64,000 nt of DNA, from positions 193-64,192 of the forward strand of contig CP011210.1 of the NCBI GenBank assembly GCA_001029675.1, given 5' to 3'. Positions within the stretch are counted from its first letter, which is position 1; each line of letters opens with the position of its first letter. Below the pieces are notes generated by a model. It saw only the letters and a program-made list of their open reading frames with translations. It did not search any database and was not told the DNA's origin. The position numbers were made by a program, and so were the translations under genes. The stretch comes from Candidatus Beckwithbacteria bacterium GW2011_GWC1_49_16. Its GTDB lineage: Bacteria; Patescibacteriota; Microgenomatia; UBA1400; CG1-02-47-37. Shown here in pieces: positions 7,839-16,190 of the stretch.

Positions 7839-9454
7839 TGTCTAGTGAGAGAATTAAAGTAGGTAAAAATGAGTTGGGGCCTGGGGGAAGATTTTACTGC
7901 GAAAGCGTATCTTTTGATAGAGGTGGAGAGACTAGACAGGTAGTTGGAGGGATAGTTGAGGACGTCAGGGGCGGAGGGTTTTATGGACGAACGTTGTTAC
8001 TGCCTAATGCGGTGGTAAAAACGGCAGAGCCGGACAGTTGGCATTTATTTTGGAGAAACCTTAATTGGGGTTTAAAACCTTTTCCTTCTCAAAGTAGTGA
8101 GTTAGCGGCTCAATTAGATCATTTAGCCACCAAAATTATTCATAGAATTGTCCCAGTGGCCACTGACGGAGAGGTGGTTACACCAGACTCATTAGGTTAC
8201 GCCGATTTGGGCAGGTTGGGTTACGGCCAAGTATTAGAGAGAATGAGGGGGAGAGGGGTGAGGTTTGATGTCGCAAACGGGGAAAACGTTAAATTTGCCA
8301 GAACAAGAAGGACTGTTTGGAATTTATCATCGGTTTTGGGTATAGAACACGGGTCTCAAGTTCACCCTGATAACCCTTTTGGTAAGCAAAATATGTGGAT
8401 TAATGAAGGGGGACAGATGATTTGGCTTGATGTTTTGCCGGCAATAAAGCACACGGGATTTGTATTGCCGGCTTTTTACTTCCGGTTTCATAATGATGTT
8501 AAGCGGAACATAATGAGTGAAGAGAAGACGTTTAATAAGTTAAACACGAGTCGCCTCAGAGACTTTGTGGACGGTCGTTTGGATCAAATTGCCGGAGATG
8601 ATAAACGGGAGTTGACTTTTTACTTAGATAGTTATGATGGGGTTTCAGAGAAGTTTAAGCAGGAAATGAAGAGAGGGGCTAGAGACTTAGTGATAGAAGA
8701 CGCCTATAAAAGAGGAATAGTTTCGCAAAGCGAAGCACTAAGTTTAAATGAGTCTAATTTTGCTTACTATACATTTTTGGCCGAAAGGATTGTTAGCCCG
8801 GCCGCTAGAGCGTTTTGGGAGGCGGTGGAGATAAGCGATGAGTTTAAGAGAGATGTGAGAAGATTTTTAATCGACCCAAGCTTTAGAAAGGAAAAGATAG
8901 TGGAACATACGACTCTGGCAGGGCTGAAAAGAGCCTTTGATTTGGGTTTAGTTGATGGGCCAGATTGGCAGGAAGCAAAGGAGTTGCTTGTAGAGCCCTT
9001 AATGTCTGGAGTAGAGAAGAGGCGGTTGGCGGCTACTTATTTTGGAATGCAGCTTTGGTATACAGCTTATGGCTGGGCTAATAACCTTGTGGCCTGGTCC
9101 ACCATAGGAAGTACGCCTTTTTCCGAAAATCCTGGAGCGCGATTAGCCCTAGGGTTGTTTTTTGAGCTAGCCCTACCGAGCATTGTAAGGGGGGTTTCGA
9201 CAAGGTTAGTTAATGCCTTAACTGAGGATGATTTAAGCACAATGGTTAAAGTAGCAGTTTTGCCTAAGCTGGGAGGATATTTAGCAGTGCCGGCAGATTT
9301 GGCAAAACGTTACGGCGACAGGTCAGAACAAATTTGGCATTATACGAAGAGGGGTTTGGTGGCTTCTTTTTCTAAAGTACTGCAGCCATGGGGAGGGTGG
9401 AATAGCGATTTAGAGGAAAGGCTTTGGGGAGTTTTAAAAGGTGACAGGTGGTAG
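7838..9454 (+). CDS. Hypothetical protein (AT-richer than its neighbours)
   Basis: Long ORF whose likely start is the ATG at 7838 (MSSERIKVGK...). The listed 7826 start would lie inside the terminator stem. No family recognised. Confidence 0.55.
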   Translation: MSSERIKVGKNELGPGGRFYCESVSFDRGGETRQVVGGIVEDVRGGGFYGRTLLLPNAVVKTAEPDSWHLFWRNLNWGLKPFPSQSSELAAQLDHLATKIIHRIVPVATDGEVVTPDSLGYADLGRLGYGQVLERMRGRGVRFDVANGENVKFARTRRTVWNLSSVLGIEHGSQVHPDNPFGKQNMWINEGGQMIWLDVLPAIKHTGFVLPAFYFRFHNDVKRNIMSEEKTFNKLNTSRLRDFVDGRLDQIAGDDKRELTFYLDSYDGVSEKFKQEMKRGARDLVIEDAYKRGIVSQSEALSLNESNFAYYTFLAERIVSPAARAFWEAVEISDEFKRDVRRFLIDPSFRKEKIVEHTTLAGLKRAFDLGLVDGPDWQEAKELLVEPLMSGVEKRRLAATYFGMQLWYTAYGWANNLVAWSTIGSTPFSENPGARLALGLFFELALPSIVRGVSTRLVNALTEDDLSTMVKVAVLPKLGGYLAVPADLAKRYGDRSEQIWHYTKRGLVASFSKVLQPWGGWNSDLEERLWGVLKGDRW

Positions 9455-9470
9455 TTGGTTATAATTTAAT

Positions 9471-10169
9471 TTGATGGGCTTTTGGGACCTACTTTATCCT
9501 AGGCGCTGCGTCGGTTGCGGCAGAGAGGGGCAGTATTTTTGTGATCGGTGTTTGGCTGAAACCAGTCTTGAGACCGGCTGGCGCTGTCCGGAGTGCAACC
9601 GGGCATCAGTCGGCGGGGTAACCCACTTTGGCTGCAGAAAAAAGCATGGGCTTGACGGTTTGGTGACACTAGCCAGCTATCGAGGCTTGGTGCGTTTAGG
9701 CATTCATGAATTAAAATACCGGTTTTTGACGGACATGGAGAAAGAGATGAGGGGTTTGGCGGCCTTGAGATTAAAAGAGGGGCTAAAAAGCCGGCAAGGG
9801 TTGGAGCTTAGAAACCTAGTCAAAACCAAGCCGGCGGTAGTGCCGGTACCGCTTTATTGGCGGCGAAAAAACTGGCGCGGGTTTAACCAGGCAGAGTTTA
9901 TAGCCAAAATAGTGGCCGACGAGCTTAATCTGCCGCTTAAAACAGATTTTTTAGTGAGGAGCAAACCGACCAAGCCGCAGGTGGAGATGGCGAGAAAAGA
10001 GAGAATAAAGAATGTTAAAAGGGTTTTTGGGGTGGAGGCGGAAAAGTTACCTGAAAAAGCGCTTTTGGTCGACGATGTCTGGACGACCGGGGCGACGATG
10101 CGGGCGGCGGGGGCGGCGCTCAAGCGGGCAGGGGTGAAGGTAGTTTGGGGGCTGGCTTTGTCTAGATAA
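9471..10169 (+). CDS. comF: Competence protein ComF (phosphoribosyltransferase domain with N-terminal zinc ribbon)
   Basis: N-terminal CVGCG...CDRC...CPEC Cys pairs, and a C-terminal LVDDVWTTGATM PRTase motif. Confidence 0.85.
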   Translation: MMGFWDLLYPRRCVGCGREGQYFCDRCLAETSLETGWRCPECNRASVGGVTHFGCRKKHGLDGLVTLASYRGLVRLGIHELKYRFLTDMEKEMRGLAALRLKEGLKSRQGLELRNLVKTKPAVVPVPLYWRRKNWRGFNQAEFIAKIVADELNLPLKTDFLVRSKPTKPQVEMARKERIKNVKRVFGVEAEKLPEKALLVDDVWTTGATMRAAGAALKRAGVKVVWGLALSR

Positions 10170-11148
10170 ACTTTTGGATAAAGCGGGCGGCTTTGGCTTT
10201 GGCGCGTTCAGTGACTTTGATATAGACCAGGCCTTGGTGGGGTTGGCCATAAATGACGACGCTGGTTAGGGGAGCGAGCAACACCGCCGGTAAAACCGCC
10301 AGGTCCTCTTCGCCGTCCACCAAGATGACCCGGTGTCCCGGTTGGTAAGTTAACTGTTCAAGCGACTCAAGTAGTTTTTGGGTCAGCCTCCAGGTAATTG
10401 ACCCCGGCGGATTGGCGGCCGTCAGCCTGGGCCAGGAGTTTAAGCCTAAAGAGGCGAGGCTGGTAAAAATTTGCTGCCTTTGGGTTTTAAGATCGACCAC
10501 GGTCAGGTTGGGTTTGAAACCGTGGGAAATAAGCGACATGGTGGCAATGTCGCCGACGCTTATGGTCAAAAACGGCCGGGAGGCGGTAAGTTTCAGTCTG
10601 ACCTGGCGGCTGGTTAAAAGCCGGCTGAAGGGTTTTTTAAGGCTAGGCCGTAAGTTTTTGGGTAAGTAAAGCGGCCGGCGGCTGAAAATCTGGCCGTAAG
10701 CGAGTCCAGCCCGGCTGACTTGACCCTGGCGGATGCGGCTGGAGGAGAGAATTTTTTTGTCGCTGCTTTTAACCAAATCGATGATGACGGGTTTTAAGGA
10801 TTTGAGGTGGCGCTGGCGGCGCAGCCCGTTGATAATTTCTACCTGGTTGGCGGTGTCGGTCGAGGCGATGATGGCGTCAAAGTTGCCAGAAGCGGCCGGT
10901 TCGAGTTCGTCTTTTAAGTCAAAAATAGTGTAGCGGTTGGTAAGACGAGTAAGAAAACGGGAGAGAGTTTGGCGGCGGGAGGCGGGAGTTTGAATCAGGC
11001 CGGCGAGAAATTTTTGCTGGGAAAGCTTGCTTTCCGTCAGGCCGCAAGAAACCAAGTTGGCGTTTTCGGCCGCGGCTGAAAGCAGCCTTTGGTGGCCGAG
11101 GTGAAGGTGGTCAAAGGTGCCGGCGACGACGGCATGGCGAAAGCGCAT
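10162..11148 (-). CDS. Fusion of an archaeal-type cytidylyltransferase-like phosphopantetheine adenylyltransferase with a DUF359 (GTP-dependent dephospho-CoA kinase-like) domain
   Basis: The N-terminus VVAGTFDHLHLGHQRLL carries an HxGH nucleotidyltransferase motif. The C-terminal half has ISVGDIAT...VVDLKTQR...VDGEEDLAVLPAVLLAP, which resembles DUF359. Confidence 0.55.
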   Translation of the reverse strand: MRFRHAVVAGTFDHLHLGHQRLLSAAAENANLVSCGLTESKLSQQKFLAGLIQTPASRRQTLSRFLTRLTNRYTIFDLKDELEPAASGNFDAIIASTDTANQVEIINGLRRQRHLKSLKPVIIDLVKSSDKKILSSSRIRQGQVSRAGLAYGQIFSRRPLYLPKNLRPSLKKPFSRLLTSRQVRLKLTASRPFLTISVGDIATMSLISHGFKPNLTVVDLKTQRQQIFTSLASLGLNSWPRLTAANPPGSITWRLTQKLLESLEQLTYQPGHRVILVDGEEDLAVLPAVLLAPLTSVVIYGQPHQGLVYIKVTERAKAKAARFIQKFI

Positions 11149-11152
11149 AATG

Positions 11153-11158
11153 TATAAT
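11153..11158 (+). promoter_or_regulatory. Candidate -10 box (TATAAT) upstream of tRNA-Ser(UGA)
   Basis: A TATAAT hexamer lies 40 nt upstream of the tRNA 5' end. Confidence 0.3.
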
Positions 11159-11197
11159 TCTACCAGATTACCCTTCGGTACTTCAGGGTAAAGGAGA

Positions 11198-11282
11198 GGT
11201 GGGGTGCTCCGAATCGGTTAAGGAACCGGTCTTGAAAACCGGCGCCCGCAAGGGCTTGTGAGTTCGAGTCTCACCCCCACCG
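11198..11282 (+). tRNA. tRNA-Ser (anticodon UGA)
   Basis: Acceptor GGTGGGG/CCCCACC; anticodon stem CCGGT/ACCGG with loop CTTGAAA; long variable arm GCCCgcaaGGGC; T-arm GTGAG-TTCGAGT-CTCAC. Folded by hand. Confidence 0.75.
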
Positions 11283-11294
11283 CTAGAATTGTCT

Positions 11295-11840
11295 TTAAGA
11301 GCGGAAGCCAATCTCGGAAATTTCAATTGGGTTGGACTCAAGTTTGTAAGGCCGATCTTTGGCAAAATCTACCATGTCAGGCGATCTGTAAAGCTGATAG
11401 CCTTCTTTTATAAACAGCCCAACAACCTCAATAGGAGTAATCTGAGGGGTGTAGAAAGTTCTGTCGGACAGTGAATAAGCCCAAATGAAAGAATCTCTCA
11501 TTTGGTGGAGACGGGCACCTTTGGGAGTATAGATGAGTCGTTTTGTATCGCCCAAAACTGCGACCGTACCCGACATTTGTTCTTGCGGGTCGGATATAAA
11601 AGGAAAGTACCGGTAGCTGACCCCCGAGCCGATTATCGGAGCCCTGATGTCGTTATCTATGTTTAGCGGCGCGCTCAAATTTTCGAGCTGTTGGTCGGTA
11701 ATAGCGTGGATGACAAACGGAAGACCTGAGCCAATCAGATTTTCTACCAAGGCAACCAGGGGTTGTCGTGGATGGGTGACAACCTCGAACTTAATAGTCT
11801 TAGGGCTGATTTCTCTGGTAAAAAACGGCCTTTCGGACAT
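11295..11840 (-). CDS. Hypothetical protein
   Basis: 181-aa ORF with non-repetitive composition. No family recognised. Confidence 0.45.
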   Translation of the reverse strand: MSERPFFTREISPKTIKFEVVTHPRQPLVALVENLIGSGLPFVIHAITDQQLENLSAPLNIDNDIRAPIIGSGVSYRYFPFISDPQEQMSGTVAVLGDTKRLIYTPKGARLHQMRDSFIWAYSLSDRTFYTPQITPIEVVGLFIKEGYQLYRSPDMVDFAKDRPYKLESNPIEISEIGFRS

Positions 11841-11886
11841 AAGTTTGAGGATTATATCATTGTTTAGAGGCTGTTGGGTTTAATTT

Positions 11887-11892
11887 GATATA
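11887..11892 (+). promoter_or_regulatory. Candidate -10 box (TATAAT) upstream of tRNA-Ser(GCU)
   Basis: TATAAT lies 13 nt upstream of the tRNA start. Confidence 0.3.
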
Positions 11893-11904
11893 ATGGGTTT
11901 TACT

Positions 11905-11991
11905 GGAGGAGTCGCTTAGTTGGTCCATAGCGGTGGTTTGCTAAACCGCTGAGGCGCAAGCCTCACGTGGGTTCGAATCCCACCTCCTCCG
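11905..11991 (+). tRNA. tRNA-Ser (anticodon GCU)
   Basis: Acceptor GGAGGAG/CTCCTCC; anticodon loop TTGCTAA; long variable arm; T-arm GTGGG-TTCGAAT-CCCAC. Confidence 0.75.
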
Positions 11992-12085
11992 CCTTCGTTT
12001 CACGACTTGCTCGCTCGGCGATTTAGCCGGCTTCGCATTCGGAAGCTTCGGCGGACAGGTCCGCTTTGGTGTAGAATAAATAAAT

Positions 12086-12649
12086 ATGACTGCCCTGTTT
12101 AGAAAACCAAGCCCTTTAAAAAAAGAAGAGGTTAAGGAATCGGAAGCGCCTAAGGCTCCTGTAAAAGTGGAAACGCTACTTTCCTGGCAGGCGCCGGTGC
12201 GGCCGTTTAAGAAAAGAGATCGGGAATACTACACCACCATTGGTGCCATCGGCTTTTTGCTGGCGGTGATACTCCTTTTTTTGAAAGAGTGGCTGTTGAT
12301 CGCTGTGATTGCGGCCTTGATGTTTGTGGCTTATGTTTTGGCCACGGTCGAGCCGGAAAAAACCAGCCACGAGATTACCACGGTGGGAATTCTAACGGGG
12401 GATAAGACTTACAAATGGGAAGACTTGAAGCGGTTTTGGTTTGAGACCAAGTGGAGCGATAAGATTTTACACGTCGACACCAAGCTTAGCTTTCCGGGAA
12501 GACTGATGCTCCTTTTAGGCGATACCAGCGAAGAAGAAGTGAAGAAAATTCTTGAACAGCACGTTCAGGAAGAGATACCCGAGGCGACGTTTATGGACAG
12601 GTCGGCTAAGTGGTTATCGGAAAAAGTGCCTTTGGAAAAAGAAAGCTGA
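12086..12649 (+). CDS. Hypothetical membrane protein
   Basis: 187-aa ORF with two adjacent transmembrane helices (IGAIGFLLAVILLF..., LLIAVIAALMFVAYVLA). Confidence 0.5.
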   Translation: MTALFRKPSPLKKEEVKESEAPKAPVKVETLLSWQAPVRPFKKRDREYYTTIGAIGFLLAVILLFLKEWLLIAVIAALMFVAYVLATVEPEKTSHEITTVGILTGDKTYKWEDLKRFWFETKWSDKILHVDTKLSFPGRLMLLLGDTSEEEVKKILEQHVQEEIPEATFMDRSAKWLSEKVPLEKES

Positions 12650-12663
12650 TAAAATACAGGTAG

Positions 12664-12735
12664 GCGCCCATAGTTGAATGGATACAACGGAAGATTGCGG
12701 ATCTTCTGGTGAAGGTTCGATTCCTTCTGGGCGCA
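12664..12735 (+). tRNA. tRNA-Arg (anticodon reads GCG; unusual)
   Basis: Acceptor GCGCCCA/TGGGCGC; D-arm GTTG-aatggata-CAAC; anticodon stem GAAGA/TCTTC with loop TTGCGGA; T-arm GAAGG-TTCGATT-CCTTC. Confidence 0.6.
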
Positions 12736-12846
12736 CCCATGAGCATTGACTCGGCAGACAAAAATTTTTAGCAGTGCTCACTCGGCGCCACATGGATATG
12801 CGCCATCTTCCGCGCTGGAAAATTTGTCTGCCTGCGTCTGACTATT

Positions 12847-12929
12847 GGAGGGGTGTGCCGAATGGTAAGGCACCGCTCTCGAAAAGCGGCGCCCGCAAGG
12901 GCTTGCAGGTTCGACTCCTGTCCCCTCCG
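12847..12929 (+). tRNA. tRNA-Ser (anticodon CGA)
   Basis: Acceptor GGAGGGG/CCCCTCC; anticodon stem CCGCT/AGCGG with loop CTCGAAA; long variable arm; T-loop TTCGACT. Confidence 0.75.
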
Positions 12930-12937
12930 CAACGTAA

Positions 12938-13011
12938 GCGCCTGTAGCTCAGAGGATTAGAGCGTCTGCCTCCGGAGCAGAAGGTCGTGAGTTCGAGTCT
13001 CACCAGGCGTA
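12938..13011 (+). tRNA. tRNA-Arg (anticodon CCG)
   Basis: Acceptor GCGCCTG/CAGGCGT; anticodon stem TCTGC/GCAGA with loop CTCCGGA; T-arm GTGAG-TTCGAGT-CTCAC. Confidence 0.75.
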
Positions 13012-13013
13012 CT

Positions 13014-13481
13014 ATGAAATCAAAGTCACGACGAGAGTTTTCGGCCGGGGGAGTGGTATACAGGAAACTCGAAGTACGAAACTCGAAGCACGAAACTGTT
13101 TGGTTGGTGTGCAAGCACTCGGGCTATCATCGCTGGGTATTGCCTAAAGGTTTGGTGGAGAAGGGGGAGAGTTTAAAAGACACGGCGGTGCGGGAAGTAG
13201 AGGAGGAGTGTGGCGTTAGAGCCAAAGTAATTGCTAAAATCCCCGAGCCGGAGCGCTACGTTTACACCATGGCTGGGCAAAAAGTGTTTAAGCTGGTGAC
13301 TTATTTTTTGATGGAGTATCAGTCGGGAAACATAAAAGATCACTCGTGGGAGATGGAAGAAGTGGAGTGGTTAGAGTTTGACCAAGCGGTCAAAAGGGTC
13401 GAGTTTAAGGGGGCAAAAGAAGTGTTGGAAAAGGCTAAAAAAATCAGAGACGAGCTGAAGCTAAAACAGAAGTTGATATAA
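13014..13481 (+). CDS. Nudix hydrolase
   Basis: Nudix box GLVEKGESLKDTAVREVEEECGV. The start is taken at the ATG at 13014, just after the tRNA-Arg; the 12987 start in the ORF track overlaps that tRNA. Confidence 0.8.
   Translation: MKSKSRREFSAGGVVYRKLEVRNSKHETVWLVCKHSGYHRWVLPKGLVEKGESLKDTAVREVEEECGVRAKVIAKIPEPERYVYTMAGQKVFKLVTYFLMEYQSGNIKDHSWEMEEVEWLEFDQAVKRVEFKGAKEVLEKAKKIRDELKLKQKLI
13068..13095. repeat. CGAA-heptad x4 element (ctcgaag tacgaaa ctcgaag cacgaaa) in frame in the Nudix gene
   Basis: Read directly from the sequence. It encodes KLEVRNSKHET, which is an insertion relative to the usual Nudix N-terminal strand. Confidence 0.8.
13476..13481 (+). promoter_or_regulatory. Candidate -10 box (TATAAT) upstream of tRNA-Ser(GGA)
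   Basis: TATAAT lies 12 nt upstream of the tRNA start. Confidence 0.3.
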
Positions 13482-13493
13482 TAGGAGAGTCTT

Positions 13494-13582
<89 letters not shown>

Positions 13583-13625
13583 TTTTTCCGACAATGTTGG
13601 GCAATTTTTTTCTTAAGCCAAGGCT

Positions 13626-14291
13626 ATGGACGAAGAACAAAAGATAAAAGAAAAAATAAGCAAGCTAGATCAACTTGATCCACAAAAGTTAATTCCACCA
13701 ATGTTTGCAAACATTCCAGAGATAGCAGGTCAAGTGAAAGTCGTGGCACGTAAATCGGACGGAAATATTGATTACATCATTACAGACGCAGGACAAATGT
13801 CAAGACGACAGATAAGAAATAGCTTTACCTATTTTAATGATGAAGAACTTGACGAGTACCCAGAATTATCAATTGATGAGAATAATTACGCTCGCCCTTT
13901 AGCTTATGGAAATATAAGAGAAATCTCGCCAGATATACTTTTTAGTGGGATGTTTGAGACAAACCCCGCACTCCGAGGAAAAGGAATGGGTGTGGCTTTT
14001 CAGGAACATTTAGTTAATCTAGCAAAAAAGCTGGGTTACAAATTTTTAGCTGGCTATCAAAATAATGCTGAAATTGCCCGCTTCTTTATAAAGCGCGGTC
14101 GCTACCTCCTGGAAGAGATAAAGGATGAATTGCAAGGGGAATTTGAAAGTATAAGAGATCAAGAAAACGACGAAACTTTATTTTACACAGTTAAATTTTT
14201 AAACCCCGAAGACGTCACTCGGTATATCAAACCCGAAAGGATTGATACAAGTGTTGAAGATAAGATTAGATTTAAAGAAGAGATAACTTAA
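13626..14291 (+). CDS. Hypothetical protein with a GNAT-like (acetyltransferase) core, AT-rich
   Basis: RGKGMGVAFQEHLVNLAKKLGYKFL resembles GNAT motif A. The codon usage is clearly AT-rich compared with the flanks. Confidence 0.45.
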   Translation: MDEEQKIKEKISKLDQLDPQKLIPPMFANIPEIAGQVKVVARKSDGNIDYIITDAGQMSRRQIRNSFTYFNDEELDEYPELSIDENNYARPLAYGNIREISPDILFSGMFETNPALRGKGMGVAFQEHLVNLAKKLGYKFLAGYQNNAEIARFFIKRGRYLLEEIKDELQGEFESIRDQENDETLFYTVKFLNPEDVTRYIKPERIDTSVEDKIRFKEEIT

Positions 14292-14378
14292 GTTTGTCAT
14301 CGGCTATTTAGCCGCGCCCCGCTCAGGAAATTAACGGGGAAAGCCTAATAACAGGGGAAAAGTGTTACAATAAGGAAT

Positions 14379-16172
14379 ATGGATCAGGTGGAGCAGGTAA
14401 GGCAAAAGACCGATATAGTCGAGATTATTTCCGAGGCGGTGCCTTTGAAAAAAGCCGGCCGAAACTTTAAGGCTTTGTGTCCGTTTCATGAGGAAAAGAC
14501 GCCGTCTTTCATGGTTAACCCGGAGCGGCAGATCTTCAAGTGTTTCGGCTGCGGCATCGGCGGTGATGTTTATAAGTTTGTGATGGAGCGGGAAAAAATT
14601 GACTTTGGCGAGGTTTTGAGGATGTTGGCCGACAGGGCCGGGGTGGAGCTAGTGAGCTACCGGCCGAGCGAGGAGCAAAAGAAAAAGGAGCGGTTGTTTG
14701 AAGTTAATCATTTAGCCAGCGAGTATTACCACTATTTACTCACCGAGCATAAGGTGGGTAAAAAAGCCTTGGAATATTTATTGAAACGGGGAGTGGCTAA
14801 GGCGTCGATTCGATTGTTTAAATTAGGTTTTGCGCCGGAGGAGTGGGCGGGGTTGAAGAATTTTTTGGTGAAAAAGAAAGGTTACAAGGTAGAGGAGCTT
14901 GAGGCAGCGGGGTTGGCGATAAAGGGGGAGAGGGGATATTACGATCGGTTTCGGGGCCGGGTGGTATTTGCCTTGTTTGACCATCGGGGCCGGGTGGTGG
15001 GGTTTGCCGGCAGAACCTTAGACCCTGATGCCCGCGAGGCTAAGTATGTCAATACTCCGGAGACGCCGCTTTACCATAAATCAAACGTGCTTTACGGGTT
15101 GGAAACGACCAAGGATGAAATAAAGAAAAAAAATCAAGCGGTGGTGGTGGAGGGAGAGCTGGATATGATTTCTTCGTACCAGGCGGGAGTGAAAAACGCG
15201 GTGGCGATTAAAGGGACGGCGTTAACGGCTGAACAGGTAGAATTACTGTCGCGCTTCACGGAAAACTTGGCCTTGGCTTTGGACGAGGACGCGGCCGGGG
15301 ATCAAGCCGCCCGAAGGGGAATTGAGTTGGCCGAGCAAGCCGGGCTGAACGTGAGGGTGATTAAACTCAAATACGGCAAAGACCCGGACGAGTGTGTCCA
15401 AAAGGATGCCAGGTTGTGGCGGGAGTCGGTTAAAGAAGCAGTGCCGATATATGACTTTTACATCGCCTCGGCGGTCAAACGCTACGGCGTGGATACGCCG
15501 GAGGGCAAGCGCAAGGTGAGCGAGGAAGTAGTCGAGGTTTTGGCAGGAGTAACTAACCAGGTAATCAAAAACCACTACGTTAAGAAGCTGGCCGAAAAGC
15601 TTGGCGTCACCGAAGAAGCGGTGACGATGGAGGTGGACAAGTCCCGGTCCACGACTTCTAGTCGGGACCGAGGATCCACGGCTGATAAGCCGGGAGCAGA
15701 GAAGTTTGTCGACTCCGCTGGCGGCAAGAGCCGGGAGGAAAGGTTGGCAGAATACACCCTGGCTTTGGTGTTAAACATCGATGCCGAGGTTGAGGCACTG
15801 GTCAAGCAGGTGGACGAGAAAGCTTTGCCCGAGGGGGCGGTTAAAAAAGTGATCGAGAAGCTTAAAGCTTGGTTTAAGGCGAAGAAAAAGTGGGAGGTGA
15901 ATAAGTTTGTCCGTAGCCTGCCGGAAGAGTTGACGGCGGCGGTGGACAGAGCCTATTTAACCGAGGTTGACAGGGCGGAAAGAGACATTGACAAGCTGGA
16001 GTTGGAGCTATCCCGGGCGATGGCGGAGCTAACTAAATCCAGGCTGAAAGGTAAGCTTAACCGGCTTTCGGAGAGAATCAAACAGGTCGAAGCCGAAGGC
16101 AAGAAAAACACCTTGAATAAACTTAAGCAGGAGTTTGTCGAAACAGCCAAAAGATTGAAGGTGGTTGGTTAA
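14379..16172 (+). CDS. dnaG: DNA primase
   Basis: Zinc finger CPFHEEKTPSF...CFGCG, and a TOPRIM region EGELDMIS...DEDAAGD. Confidence 0.93.
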   Translation: MDQVEQVRQKTDIVEIISEAVPLKKAGRNFKALCPFHEEKTPSFMVNPERQIFKCFGCGIGGDVYKFVMEREKIDFGEVLRMLADRAGVELVSYRPSEEQKKKERLFEVNHLASEYYHYLLTEHKVGKKALEYLLKRGVAKASIRLFKLGFAPEEWAGLKNFLVKKKGYKVEELEAAGLAIKGERGYYDRFRGRVVFALFDHRGRVVGFAGRTLDPDAREAKYVNTPETPLYHKSNVLYGLETTKDEIKKKNQAVVVEGELDMISSYQAGVKNAVAIKGTALTAEQVELLSRFTENLALALDEDAAGDQAARRGIELAEQAGLNVRVIKLKYGKDPDECVQKDARLWRESVKEAVPIYDFYIASAVKRYGVDTPEGKRKVSEEVVEVLAGVTNQVIKNHYVKKLAEKLGVTEEAVTMEVDKSRSTTSSRDRGSTADKPGAEKFVDSAGGKSREERLAEYTLALVLNIDAEVEALVKQVDEKALPEGAVKKVIEKLKAWFKAKKKWEVNKFVRSLPEELTAAVDRAYLTEVDRAERDIDKLELELSRAMAELTKSRLKGKLNRLSERIKQVEAEGKKNTLNKLKQEFVETAKRLKVVG

Positions 16173-16190
16173 CTGATATAATCAGAGACT

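Noticed and set aside
11183-11365. Minus-strand ORF containing GGGETRTHKPLRAPVFKTGS
   Set aside because: It is the antisense translation across tRNA-Ser(UGA), a typical tRNA-derived pseudo-ORF.
12745-12840. Possibility that the structured spacer is a 4.5S/SRP RNA
   Set aside because: I could not find the conserved SRP domain IV motifs (GGAA tetraloop context, AGCAGC strand) in either orientation. I kept it as an unclassified structured element.
12842-13114. Minus-strand 90-aa ORF across tRNA-Ser(CGA) and tRNA-Arg(CCG)
   Set aside because: Antisense to two tRNAs; spurious.
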